The notes below the pieces were generated by a model, which was not told the origin of the DNA, did not search any database, and saw only the letters and a list, made by a program, of their open reading frames with translations. From NCBI GenBank assembly GCA_014239655.1, contig JAAZYM010000018.1, forward strand, positions 12,700 to 76,699: a stretch of 64,000 nt of DNA. The letters run 5' to 3'. Made by a program: the position numbers and the translations under genes. This document shows positions 37,159-46,429 of this stretch, piece by piece (positions within the stretch are counted from its first letter, which is position 1; every line of letters starts with the position of its first letter). Origin of the DNA: Flavobacteriales bacterium (GTDB lineage Bacteria; Bacteroidota; Bacteroidia; Flavobacteriales; BACL11).

Positions 37159-39480
37159 ATGAAAAAATATTTATTATCAATAATCTTCATACCTTTTAGT
37201 TTGCTATCTCAATCTAATTATAACTTGTCTTTAATAGGGACTTATGATAATTATAATTCAGAAGGAAGTGATATTTGGGGATGGGTAGACCCTATGAATG
37301 GTAGTGAATATGCACTTGTAGGATTGAATGATGGATTTTCTGTTGTTGATGTGACAAATCCATCAAACCCTATAGAAGAGTTCTTTATTAATGATGTTAA
37401 TTCAACTTGGCGAGATATTAAAACTTGGGGGCATTATGCATATATTACTACTGATCAAAATGATCCAGGTCTCTTAATTGTAGATTTAAGTGATATGACA
37501 GGAAACACTTATTATTATAGAACAGTCTTTACTAATAGTAATGGTTCTAGTATAGAATTTACTAACGCACATAATTTATATATTGATGAGAATGGTATAG
37601 CTTATATCTTTGGAGCATCTTCTAACACTGGTAGTTCTCCAACAGATGGTGTGATTTTTTTAGATGTAGATACAGATCCTATTAATCCAATATATCTTGG
37701 GGAGTGGGATGATTTTTATGTTCATGATGGCATGACAAGAGGTGATACCATGTATGTTGGTTGTGTTTACGAAGGTGATCTTTATGTTGTTGATGTGTCA
37801 AATAAATCTAATCCAAATAATTTGGGTCATATAGGCACGCCTAGTGATTTTACTCATAACGCATGGGTTTCTGATAATGGAGACCATGTTTTTACAACTG
37901 ATGAACAATCTGATGCTTATATTGGGTCATATGATATAACAGATCCAAATAATATTCAGGAAGTAGATAGAATTCAATCAAATCCAGGATCCAACTCTAT
38001 TCCTCATAATGTTCATGTTGATGGTAATTTTCTAATTACATCATATTATAGAGATGGGACAGTTGTACATGATATTACATATCCTAATAATTTAATACAA
38101 GTTGCGTATTATGATTCTTCACCATTATCGGGAGATGGATTTGATGGTTGTTGGGGTACTTATCCTTTTTTACCTTCTGGAAATATTATTTCCTCTGATA
38201 TAAATAGTGGAAATAACAATAATGGGAGATTACTTGTTTATGGTAGAGATTTTCTGCAGGCGTGCTATCTACAAGGGAATGTGACTGATATAACGAATTC
38301 TAATCCATTAACAAATGCAACAGTTGAAATTGTTAATTCATTATTAAGCGTAACATCTTCAACTGATCTTTCAGGTAATTATTTAAGCGGTATAGCAAAT
38401 CCATCAACTTATGATATAATCTTTTCAGCACCAGGTTATCTTACTGATACAATTAGCGCTGTTTTAACAAATGGGAACATAACTGTTGTAGATGCGCAGC
38501 TTCAACCATTAATATCTTTTAATACTACAGGAATGGTTATAGACGTCAATGGAAATGGAATTCCTAATTCAGATATATTAATTACTAATACTTCTTTCTC
38601 TTTTAATACAATAACTGATAGTAATGGTAATTTCACAATAAATGGCATGTATGAGGGTAATTATGATGTTATAGCTGGTGCATGGGGGTATATTACCTCT
38701 TGTACTAATGAATTTATTTCGTCATCTTCTACTAATCAAATAATACTTCAATCAGGATATTATGATGATTTTACCTTTGATTTTGGATGGAATGTTTCAG
38801 GAGGTATTACATCTGCAAATGACGGAATATGGGAGAGAGGTGATCCTGAAGGAACCTCGGATAATGGGATTGATTTTAATCCTGAAGATGATGTTAATAA
38901 TGATTGTTATGATTATGCTTATGTAACGGGTCTTGAAGCTGGAAATAATGTGCGTAGTAGAGATGTAGATGATTACAATACAATATTAACTTCTCCAGTA
39001 TTTGATTTGTCATTACCGTTAAATCCAAATAATACATTCTTTCTTAATTATAGTATTTGGTTAAGTTTAGGGGGTACTCCATGGAGTGGTCCAAGTAATG
39101 ATTCGATTACGGTTAAAATTTTTAATGGAAGCACTATTTCAACATTAGAGATTATGACTGAAGCATCTCCAGATCTAGCACAGTGGAATTCTAGATCTTT
39201 TGATCTAAGTCAATATATAAGTATTACCAATACCATGCAATTAATAGTTGAAATAGCTGATTGGGATATTTTAGGAAATCATAATGTTGAAGGAGGTTTT
39301 GATAAATTTGAAATTACAAGTCTACCAACACCCGTCTTAATTAGTAATATACCAACCAATAACAAAAAAATTCTTAAGGTTGTTGATCTTTTTGGAAGAG
39401 AGACTATTAAAAAGCCTAATTCTGTTATTTTTAATATTTATGATGATGGATCGGTAGAAAAACAACTTATATTAGATTAA
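37159..39480 (+). CDS. Secreted choice-of-anchor-B / LVIVD-type beta-propeller protein, paralog of 1637..3883, with two CarboxypepD_reg-like modules and a different C-terminal module and tag
   Basis: The first 450 aa or so align colinearly with 1637..3883, with roughly two-thirds identity by eye and 20-nt exact DNA matches such as TTTGATGGTTGTTGGGGTAC. The C-terminal 237 aa are homologous to the metalloprotease C-terminus. Confidence 0.7.
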   Translation: MKKYLLSIIFIPFSLLSQSNYNLSLIGTYDNYNSEGSDIWGWVDPMNGSEYALVGLNDGFSVVDVTNPSNPIEEFFINDVNSTWRDIKTWGHYAYITTDQNDPGLLIVDLSDMTGNTYYYRTVFTNSNGSSIEFTNAHNLYIDENGIAYIFGASSNTGSSPTDGVIFLDVDTDPINPIYLGEWDDFYVHDGMTRGDTMYVGCVYEGDLYVVDVSNKSNPNNLGHIGTPSDFTHNAWVSDNGDHVFTTDEQSDAYIGSYDITDPNNIQEVDRIQSNPGSNSIPHNVHVDGNFLITSYYRDGTVVHDITYPNNLIQVAYYDSSPLSGDGFDGCWGTYPFLPSGNIISSDINSGNNNNGRLLVYGRDFLQACYLQGNVTDITNSNPLTNATVEIVNSLLSVTSSTDLSGNYLSGIANPSTYDIIFSAPGYLTDTISAVLTNGNITVVDAQLQPLISFNTTGMVIDVNGNGIPNSDILITNTSFSFNTITDSNGNFTINGMYEGNYDVIAGAWGYITSCTNEFISSSSTNQIILQSGYYDDFTFDFGWNVSGGITSANDGIWERGDPEGTSDNGIDFNPEDDVNNDCYDYAYVTGLEAGNNVRSRDVDDYNTILTSPVFDLSLPLNPNNTFFLNYSIWLSLGGTPWSGPSNDSITVKIFNGSTISTLEIMTEASPDLAQWNSRSFDLSQYISITNTMQLIVEIADWDILGNHNVEGGFDKFEITSLPTPVLISNIPTNNKKILKVVDLFGRETIKKPNSVIFNIYDDGSVEKQLILD

Positions 39481-39485
39481 TTTTT

Positions 39486-40325
39486 ATGCTTTCTACTAAT
39501 AAATATATTATAAATGGAGGTAAGAAGAATAAAATATTAATAGATGTTTGTTATCATAGAAATTCTTTAAAAAAGGATATTCTAATATTTTCTCATGGTT
39601 TTAAAGGTTTTAAGGATTGGGGGCCATTTAACCATATGTCTAAAACTTTTGCAAGAGCTGGTTATTTCTTTCTAAAATTTAATTTTTCATATAACGGTAC
39701 TTCTTTAGATAATCCTGTTGAATTTGTTGATCTAGATTCATTTGGAAATAATAATTTTTCTATTGAGCTTGATGATTTAGGCTTAGTTATTGATTGGTTA
39801 AATAGAGATTTTGAGTTTAGAGATGAAATTAATCTGGAGAAGATTAATTTACTTGGCCATAGTAGAGGAGGAGGAATTAGTATCTTAAAGGCTAATGAGG
39901 ATGATAGAGTTTCTAAGGTAATCTCTTGGGCTTCTCCTTCTGATTTTACAAATAGGATAGATGATTCTAAGCTTGATATATGGAAAAAGAAAGGAGTGAC
40001 CTATATCTATAATTCAAGAACACAACAGAATATGCCTCTGTATTATCAGTTCTACATTGATTGTATTGAAAATATGGATAGGATAGATATAAAGAAAGCT
40101 ATTGTTAATCTAGAACAACCTCATTTAGTAGTTCATGGTTCAGAGGATCCAACAGTTTTAATAAGTGATGCTTATGATTTTGTTAAATGGAATAGTAAGA
40201 CTGTTTTCTGTGAGATAAAGGATGCTAATCATGTTTTTGGTGTAATGCATCCTTATGATTTAGAGGAATATCCAGCTCATTTTCAAGAAGCAATAGATGT
40301 CTCTATTAATTTTTTAGAAGGTTAG
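39486..40325 (+). CDS. Alpha/beta-fold hydrolase
   Basis: Nucleophile elbow LLGHSRGGG and a late HG..D / H pattern. 279 aa. Confidence 0.7.
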   Translation: MLSTNKYIINGGKKNKILIDVCYHRNSLKKDILIFSHGFKGFKDWGPFNHMSKTFARAGYFFLKFNFSYNGTSLDNPVEFVDLDSFGNNNFSIELDDLGLVIDWLNRDFEFRDEINLEKINLLGHSRGGGISILKANEDDRVSKVISWASPSDFTNRIDDSKLDIWKKKGVTYIYNSRTQQNMPLYYQFYIDCIENMDRIDIKKAIVNLEQPHLVVHGSEDPTVLISDAYDFVKWNSKTVFCEIKDANHVFGVMHPYDLEEYPAHFQEAIDVSINFLEG

Positions 40326-41333
40326 TCTTGCAGAAGCTGATTCTGAATAATCTGCAAACTCATTGTTTGAAAATTTATATTTACCGGCAATTGCTATCAT
40401 AGCGGCATTATCTGTACAAAACTCAAATTTTGGGATATAAATTTCTAAGTTTTTATTAGTTGCAAGTTTTTTAAGTTCACTTCTAAGGTAGGAGTTTGCT
40501 GATACTCCTCCAGCAATTGCTATATTTTTAATCTTTGTCTTAGTTATAGCTTTATTTATTTTTTCTAATAGTATTGAAATAATAGAATGTTGTATAGATG
40601 CACATAGATTATTTAAATTTTTATCAATAAAATTAGGATCTGTCATTAATGATGAATTGATTTTATTTAGAATCGATGTTTTTAGGCCACTAAAGCTAAA
40701 GTTTAAGCCTTCAATCTTGGGTTTTCCAAATGTAAATGCATTTATATTACCATTTTTTGCATATTTATCTATTAGTGGACCTCCTGGATATCTTAATCCT
40801 AAGACTTTAGCAGATTTATCAAAAGCTTCTCCAGCAGCATCATCTAATGTTGTTCCTATCATCTCCATGTCATTAAAATCTTTAACAACAACAATTTGGG
40901 TATGACCCCCTGATACAGTTAAGCATAAGAATGGAAAATTTGGTTTCTTTTGCTCTTTATGATCAATAAAATGAGCTAGAATATGTGCTTTCATGTGATT
41001 TACAGAGACCAATGGGATATCTAAACCTAATGCTAATGATTTTGCGAAGGAGCTTCCTACCAATAATGACCCAAGTAATCCTGGTCCTTTGGTATAGGCA
41101 ATTAAATTAATATCTGATTTCTTTATTTTTGCTTTTTTTATTGCTGAATCTACAACTGGAATAATATTTTGTTGATGTGCTCTTGATGCTAACTCTGGCA
41201 CAACACCGCCATATTGTTCATGTATACTTTGATTAGCAATAATATTAGAAAGCACTGTAGATCCTCTTAGAATAGCTGCAGAGGTATCATCACATGAAGA
41301 TTCTATTCCTAGAACTATTAGATCTTTATTCAT
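40314..41333 (-). CDS. tsaD: tRNA N6-adenosine threonylcarbamoyltransferase
   Basis: [24 protein letters not shown] and [10 protein letters not shown] motifs. 339 aa. Confidence 0.95.
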   Translation of the reverse strand: MNKDLIVLGIESSCDDTSAAILRGSTVLSNIIANQSIHEQYGGVVPELASRAHQQNIIPVVDSAIKKAKIKKSDINLIAYTKGPGLLGSLLVGSSFAKSLALGLDIPLVSVNHMKAHILAHFIDHKEQKKPNFPFLCLTVSGGHTQIVVVKDFNDMEMIGTTLDDAAGEAFDKSAKVLGLRYPGGPLIDKYAKNGNINAFTFGKPKIEGLNFSFSGLKTSILNKINSSLMTDPNFIDKNLNNLCASIQHSIISILLEKINKAITKTKIKNIAIAGGVSANSYLRSELKKLATNKNLEIYIPKFEFCTDNAAMIAIAGKYKFSNNEFADYSESASARLTF

Positions 41334-42537
41334 TGAGATTATTTAATGAATGTCCTAATTTATCTCTTTTTGTTTGAAGATAAAATTCATTGTGTTCATT
41401 TGATATAATTTCAATTGGGACACTTTCAACAATTTCAATTCCATATCCTAATAGTCCAACTCTTTTTTTAGGATTATTAGATAATAGCCTAATTTTACTA
41501 ACTCCCATTGCTCTGAGAATTTGGGCTCCAACGCCGTAATCTCTATGGTCAGCATTAAATCCTAATTCAACATTTGCCTCTACTGTATCCTTTCCTTTTT
41601 CTTGGATTTTGTATGCTTTAAGTTTATTTAATAAACCAATTCCTCGACCTTCTTGATTCATATATACTAGAACACCTTTTTCTTCAGATTCAATTTGTTT
41701 TAATGCGGCATGAAGTTGTGGCCCACAATCACATCTACATGAACCAAATATATCTCCAGTTACACAAGAAGAATGAACCCTTACAAGAATATTTTCATCA
41801 GTTTTCCATTCACCTTTATATATAGCAAGATGAACTTGTTCATTAGTTATTTGTTTAAATGCCTTCATTTTAAAATTTCCAAATTCTGTTGGAAGTTCTA
41901 CATCTGCTTCTTCAGTAATTAAGCTTTCATGTTTTAGTCGGTATTTAATTAGATCTTTAATTGTTATAAATTTCAAATTAAATTTATTAGCTATTAAGTG
42001 TAATTCATTAGTTCTGGCCATAGAACCATTTTCATTTAATATTTCAACAATTACACCTGCTGGTTTTAGGCCGGCTAATCTAGCAAGGTCAATAGCAGCT
42101 TCAGTATGTCCAGCTCTTCTTAATACCCCACCTTCTCTTCCCTTCAAGGGAAAAACATGACCCGGTTTTCCAAGCTCATCAATTTTTGTATTTGGATCTA
42201 CTAGAGCTTGTATTGTTTTGGATCGGTCAGAAGCAGATATTCCTGTAGTACATCCATTGCCAATTAAATCAACAGATACCGTAAATGGTGTTTCGAATGC
42301 CGCAGTGTTTCTACCTATCATTAATTCTAAATCTAACTCTTTACATCTACTTTCAAGTAGAGGGGCGCAGATAAGCCCTTTTCCATGTGTAGCCATAAAG
42401 TTGATCATTTCAGGAGTTGCTTTCTCAGCTGCAGCTACAAAATCACCTTCATTTTCTCTATTTTCATCATCGATAACAATAACAATTTTTCCATCTTTAA
42501 TGTCTGCTATTGCTTCCTCAATTGTATTAAAAATCAT
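41326..42537 (-). CDS. ribBA: Bifunctional 3,4-dihydroxy-2-butanone-4-phosphate synthase / GTP cyclohydrolase II
   Basis: [12 protein letters not shown] (RibB) and CxxGDxxxSxRCDCG zinc site plus NQEGRGIGL (RibA). 403 aa. Confidence 0.95.
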   Translation of the reverse strand: MIFNTIEEAIADIKDGKIVIVIDDENRENEGDFVAAAEKATPEMINFMATHGKGLICAPLLESRCKELDLELMIGRNTAAFETPFTVSVDLIGNGCTTGISASDRSKTIQALVDPNTKIDELGKPGHVFPLKGREGGVLRRAGHTEAAIDLARLAGLKPAGVIVEILNENGSMARTNELHLIANKFNLKFITIKDLIKYRLKHESLITEEADVELPTEFGNFKMKAFKQITNEQVHLAIYKGEWKTDENILVRVHSSCVTGDIFGSCRCDCGPQLHAALKQIESEEKGVLVYMNQEGRGIGLLNKLKAYKIQEKGKDTVEANVELGFNADHRDYGVGAQILRAMGVSKIRLLSNNPKKRVGLLGYGIEIVESVPIEIISNEHNEFYLQTKRDKLGHSLNNLNE

Positions 42538-42554
42538 ATGTGTAATTTGTCTAG

Positions 42555-42562
42555 CAAAACTA
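42555..42562 (-). promoter_or_regulatory. Candidate -7 promoter box (TAGTTTTG) for ribBA
   Basis: Exact TAnnTTTG match 17 nt upstream of the start codon at 42537. Confidence 0.35.
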
Positions 42563-42582
42563 TGTAATTTCTATCTATTTTA

Positions 42583-43938
42583 TTACTGTTTCAGTTTAAT
42601 AAAATTAATTATGTTAGGAAGTCTAGTATTATTTAATGCGTGGTAGATAAGGAATATTGATATTGGAAGAAAAACCAGATTTGCTATCCACATTCCTTCA
42701 AAAGGAGAAATAGATAAGTCTTTTGCAGTTTTCTCCCCACTAATACTAATAACGTAATAGATAACAAATAATAAAATTGAGATCAATAAAGGTATACTAA
42801 AACCACCTTTTCTTACTATTGATCCTAAAGGAGCACCAATTAGAAACATTACAATACATGCGATGGATAAGGACAATTTTCTATGCCATTCTATTTTGTG
42901 TTTAGCAATAATCATTTTCTTATAGTTAATATCATTGGCATTAGATTGGGATACTGATTTTAGAACGCGTAATTTATTTATTGCTCTCGTAAACATTTTC
43001 TTATTATTATCTATGTTGTTGTGTTTAGAATAATCATGCTTTCTTTTTGGATTATAATTGTAGTTGTCTAGAATTCTATTATTAATCAGAGTTTCTTTTT
43101 CATTTAGTTTTCTGTTTAATGAGTCGATAGAGTTTTCTAATTGTGTGTTATTTAACATTGCATAGTGTCCTTTATATAACATTTCACTGTTTTTAATATT
43201 AAAACTAGACAAATCAAATCGTATTAATTCTTTTTCAAATGAAATTTTTCTGTGAGGAGAATCTCTTCTTTGTTTAACTCCATCTACTTCCATATAAGAT
43301 GTTCCGTTATATAGAGATAATTCCATGTATCTCTCATCTTCTGTAATTGTCATCGTACCTGATTCTGCTGATATTACTTTTTTGTTTCCTGAATTACCCG
43401 TGTGATCATAAATTAAAAGATTCGTTAATATTTTTCCATTATCTTCTTTGGATCCAATCTTAATACTATATCCTTCAATATCGTTATAAAAGATACCCTC
43501 TTTTATATTTACAGCTGGTTTTTTCTTTTTAATGTCATACAATAAGCTTCCTCCTTTAAAATTTGCTATTGGCATAATATAATTAGAAAACAGATATGAG
43601 GATAAACTAATTAAAAGAATAATAATAAAAAGAGGCTTCATAATTTTTGTAATTGAAATCCCTGAAGATTGGAATGCAGTGAGTTCATAATCTTCTCCAA
43701 GTTTTCCAATGACCATTACACTAGATATTAGTACTGCTATAGGTAGTGCTAGAGGAACAAATCTTGCAATAGAATAGATCATTAATTCACTAACTTGTAA
43801 TGTGCTTAATCCTTTTCCTATTAAATCATCAATGAATTTCCATAAGAATTGCATTAATAATACAAAAAGCACAATAATTAGAGAAGTTAAGAAAGGACCT
43901 ATAAAAGATTTAATTAAATATAAATTTATCTTTTTCAA
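42583..43938 (-). CDS. LptF/LptG-family (YjgP/YjgQ) permease
   Basis: N-terminus LYLIKSFIGPFLTSLIIVLFVLLMQ, six predicted TM segments, and a large periplasmic insert. Confidence 0.75.
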   Translation of the reverse strand: MKKINLYLIKSFIGPFLTSLIIVLFVLLMQFLWKFIDDLIGKGLSTLQVSELMIYSIARFVPLALPIAVLISSVMVIGKLGEDYELTAFQSSGISITKIMKPLFIIILLISLSSYLFSNYIMPIANFKGGSLLYDIKKKKPAVNIKEGIFYNDIEGYSIKIGSKEDNGKILTNLLIYDHTGNSGNKKVISAESGTMTITEDERYMELSLYNGTSYMEVDGVKQRRDSPHRKISFEKELIRFDLSSFNIKNSEMLYKGHYAMLNNTQLENSIDSLNRKLNEKETLINNRILDNYNYNPKRKHDYSKHNNIDNNKKMFTRAINKLRVLKSVSQSNANDINYKKMIIAKHKIEWHRKLSLSIACIVMFLIGAPLGSIVRKGGFSIPLLISILLFVIYYVISISGEKTAKDLSISPFEGMWIANLVFLPISIFLIYHALNNTRLPNIINFIKLKQ

Positions 43939-43946
43939 TATATGTC

Positions 43947-44333
43947 TTATGAGCCAATAGCTCTTTTTAGATTTTCAAATTGTTGCTTCCATAGCATAGT
44001 TTGTTCTTCCTTTTCTTCAAGGTCTTCTGCAAAGTCTGTTATGATCAGTGAAACATCAGATGTCATCTCATCAATCTGTATTTTAAACTCAAAATAGGAT
44101 TCTTTTTCTTGATCATCGGTCCATTTAAATTGAATAAATTTATTTATTTTCTTTTTTAATACTTTGGCTGATTGTTCACTGCCATCCCAATAGAAAGTAT
44201 AGGTATTATCTTGTAGATTTACATTATCTGCAAACCATTCAGCAAGACCACTTGGTGTGCTTAATCTTTTGTATAAAACAGTTACAGAGGAATTTATTGG
44301 TAACTCTATTGAGTATTTCATTAAATCTGACAT
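43947..44333 (-). CDS. START/SRPBCC (AHSA1-like) small protein
   Basis: 128 aa. The pattern L..RLSTPSGLAEWFAD...... is typical of Bacteroidetes START-like proteins. Family call from memory. Confidence 0.45.
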   Translation of the reverse strand: MSDLMKYSIELPINSSVTVLYKRLSTPSGLAEWFADNVNLQDNTYTFYWDGSEQSAKVLKKKINKFIQFKWTDDQEKESYFEFKIQIDEMTSDVSLIITDFAEDLEEKEEQTMLWKQQFENLKRAIGS

Positions 44334-44341
44334 AAGTTTTA

Positions 44342-44349
44342 TAATTTTG
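44342..44349 (+). promoter_or_regulatory. Candidate -7 promoter box (TAATTTTG) for 44381..45127
   Basis: Exact TAnnTTTG match 32 nt upstream of the ATG. Confidence 0.35.
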
Positions 44350-44362
44350 TAAAGATTATTTG

Positions 44363-44370
44363 CAAAGATA
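44363..44370 (-). promoter_or_regulatory. Candidate -7 promoter box (TATCTTTG) for 43947..44333
   Basis: Exact TAnnTTTG match on the minus strand 29 nt upstream of the start at 44333. It interdigitates with the plus-strand box. Confidence 0.35.
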
Positions 44371-44380
44371 ATATTTTAAA

Positions 44381-45127
44381 ATGTCATTAGAACAATCTTT
44401 AGAAAAACAAGGGAATTTTTTATTTAAATATAGGGGGCAGTTTCCAATTGTTTTATTCCTTTTGTCAATTCCCTTTATTTATTTGAATTCTTTAGAGAGT
44501 TCTTCTGATAATCTAATTTTATTTTATAATCTGATTGCATTATTCTTATCAACACTTGGTTTTCTGATTCGTTTTTATACAATTGGAACTACACCGAAAA
44601 ATACTAGTGGCAGGAATACAGATAAGCAAATTGCAGAAACATTAAATACTACAGGTATATATTCATTAATAAGACACCCTCTATATTTAGGTAATTATCT
44701 TATATGGATTGGTATTTGTTTTTTTACATATAACCTATATTTTGTTTTACTTGTTTCTTTACTTTTTTGGCTATATTATGAAAGAATTATTTATGCAGAA
44801 GAAAGGTTTTTAGAGTTAAAATTTCACGATAGTTTTGTTCTATGGTCAAAAAGTGTTTCAGCATTTTTTCCAACTACTTTTAGTTGTTATAAGAAAACGT
44901 CAATAAAATTTTCTGTTATTTCTGTTCTTCGAAGAGAGTATTCTAGCGTTTTGTCTGCTGTGGTTGCATTTTTATATGTAGACATATTAAGAAACTTCTT
45001 TGACTTACATGAGTTCCATATAAGTGCTAATGTATTTGTTATTTCTTCTTTTTTGATATTCTTAGTTTTAATTCTGCGAACTTTGAAACATAATACATCT
45101 TTGTTAAAAGAAGAGGGTCGCTCATAA
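44381..45127 (+). CDS. Membrane methyltransferase of the isoprenylcysteine carboxyl / phospholipid methyltransferase (ICMT/PEMT) family
   Basis: Multi-TM protein with the family motif TTGIYSLIRHPLYLGNYLIWIG. Confidence 0.65.
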   Translation: MSLEQSLEKQGNFLFKYRGQFPIVLFLLSIPFIYLNSLESSSDNLILFYNLIALFLSTLGFLIRFYTIGTTPKNTSGRNTDKQIAETLNTTGIYSLIRHPLYLGNYLIWIGICFFTYNLYFVLLVSLLFWLYYERIIYAEERFLELKFHDSFVLWSKSVSAFFPTTFSCYKKTSIKFSVISVLRREYSSVLSAVVAFLYVDILRNFFDLHEFHISANVFVISSFLIFLVLILRTLKHNTSLLKEEGRS

Positions 45128-45182
45128 TTTTTCATTTCATTACTTTAAAATAAGTTAAAGTATTATATTTGACGCCAATTTT

Positions 45183-45256
45183 GGCGTGGTAGCTCAGTTG
45201 GTCAGAGCGCAGGATTCATAACCCTGAGGTCGGGAGTTCAAGTCTCCCTCACGCTA
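45183..45256 (+). tRNA. tRNA with anticodon CAT (elongator Met or lysidine-modified Ile2)
   Basis: Hand-folded cloverleaf. The acceptor GGCGTGG/TCACGCT has G-U pairs at 1-72 and 7-66. D arm GCTC-AGTTGGTCA-GAGC, anticodon loop TTCATAA, T arm GGGAG-TTCAAGT-CTCCC, discriminator A, and no encoded CCA. It is not initiator-like: 1-72 is paired and there is no GGG/CCC in the anticodon stem. Confidence 0.85.
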
Positions 45257-45261
45257 CTAAT

Positions 45262-45295
45262 AGAAACAGAATATTTTTTTCTGTTTTTATTTTTT
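45262..45295 (+). terminator. Rho-independent terminator after the tRNA
   Basis: Stem AGAAACAGAA (45262-45271) pairs with TTCTGTTTTT (45279-45288) to give about 10 bp including one G-U. The loop is 7 nt, followed by ATTTTTT. Confidence 0.6.
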
Positions 45296-45333
45296 AAAGA
45301 TTTTATTTTTGGTATTTGTAATAATTGATTTTA

Positions 45334-45341
45334 TAAATTTG
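45334..45341 (+). promoter_or_regulatory. Candidate -7 promoter box (TAAATTTG) for gcvT
   Basis: Exact TAnnTTTG match 18 nt upstream of ATG 45359. There is a TTG at 45316-45318 upstream. Confidence 0.35.
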
Positions 45342-45358
45342 TTTGATTATTGATCGCT

Positions 45359-46429
45359 ATGAAAAACCTGCCTTTAACTGACACTCATATATCTTTAAAT
45401 GCAAAGATGGTTGATTATGCTGGTTTTAATATGCCAGTACAATATGAAGGTGTTATTGCAGAACATCTTTGTGTTAGGAATAATATTGGTGTTTTTGATG
45501 TTTCTCATATGGGAGAAATATTTGTTTCAGGAAAAGAGGCTAAGAAATTCCTTCAATTTATTACATCTAACAACATAGACAATCTTTATCCGGGGAAGGT
45601 TCAGTATTCCTGTCTGCCTAATTTAAATGGTGGTATAGTTGATGACATACTGGTATATATGCTAGATAACTCTTCTTTTATGTTAGTTGTAAATGCAGCA
45701 AATATTGAGAAGGACTTATTATGGTTAAATACACATAATTCATTTGATTGTAAGATAGATGATCAATCATCAGATTACTCGCTCTTAGCTATTCAGGGAC
45801 CAAAATCTTTAGATCTTATTAATGAATTGTCAGAATCAGATATAAGTTTATTAGAGTATTATACATTTATAACAGGAAAGATTGCTGGTGTTGATGATGT
45901 AATTATTTCTAGAACTGGATATACTGGAGAATTGGGTTATGAGTTATATGTCTCTAATGATCATGTCTTAAAATTATGGAATATGCTTTTTAGTAAAAGC
46001 AATGATTTAAAACCCATAGGTTTGGCAGCTAGAAATACGTTGAGATTAGAAAAGGGCTTTTGTCTATATGGTAATGATATTAATGATTCAACCTCACCTC
46101 TTGAAGCTGGTTTAGGATGGATTACTAAATTATCTACTGATTTTATTAATTCACCATATTTATTAGATCAAAAAAATAATGGCCTTGAAAAAAGATTAAT
46201 TGGTTTTGAGGTTATAGATAGAGGGATTGCTAGAAAAGATTATTTAGTTTTTGATGAGAATAAAAATGAAATTGGTGTTGTTACCTCAGGTACAATGTCT
46301 CCATCTTTAAATAAAGCCATTGGAATGGCATATATAGATGTAAAATCATTAGGTAAAGATGAAATCCTTATCCAAGTAAGAAATAAGTTTATCTTAGCCA
46401 AGATAATTGATATTCCTTTTGTAAAATAG
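45359..46429 (+). CDS. gcvT: Glycine cleavage system aminomethyltransferase (T protein)
   Basis: MKNLPLTD.H..L.AKMV.YAGF.MPVQY and FDVSHMGE motifs. The track start at 45350 is TTG, and ATG 45359 is preferred. Confidence 0.92.
   Translation: MKNLPLTDTHISLNAKMVDYAGFNMPVQYEGVIAEHLCVRNNIGVFDVSHMGEIFVSGKEAKKFLQFITSNNIDNLYPGKVQYSCLPNLNGGIVDDILVYMLDNSSFMLVVNAANIEKDLLWLNTHNSFDCKIDDQSSDYSLLAIQGPKSLDLINELSESDISLLEYYTFITGKIAGVDDVIISRTGYTGELGYELYVSNDHVLKLWNMLFSKSNDLKPIGLAARNTLRLEKGFCLYGNDINDSTSPLEAGLGWITKLSTDFINSPYLLDQKNNGLEKRLIGFEVIDRGIARKDYLVFDENKNEIGVVTSGTMSPSLNKAIGMAYIDVKSLGKDEILIQVRNKFILAKIIDIPFVK

Noticed and set aside
42538-42582. A possible FMN riboswitch upstream of ribBA, and a glycine riboswitch upstream of gcvT (45257..45358).
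   Set aside because: The ribBA leader region is only 45 nt, with a -7 box 17 nt from the ATG. The gcvT upstream region is about 100 nt of AT-rich sequence, occupied by the tRNA terminator and a -7 box. Neither has room or the conserved G/C-rich helices for these riboswitches.
45183-45256. tRNA-Met(CAT) as a potential integration hotspot, because an ICMT-family gene lies on one side and gcvT on the other.
   Set aside because: There is no integrase, no partial tRNA 3' duplicate downstream, and both neighbours are ordinary single genes with their own signals.
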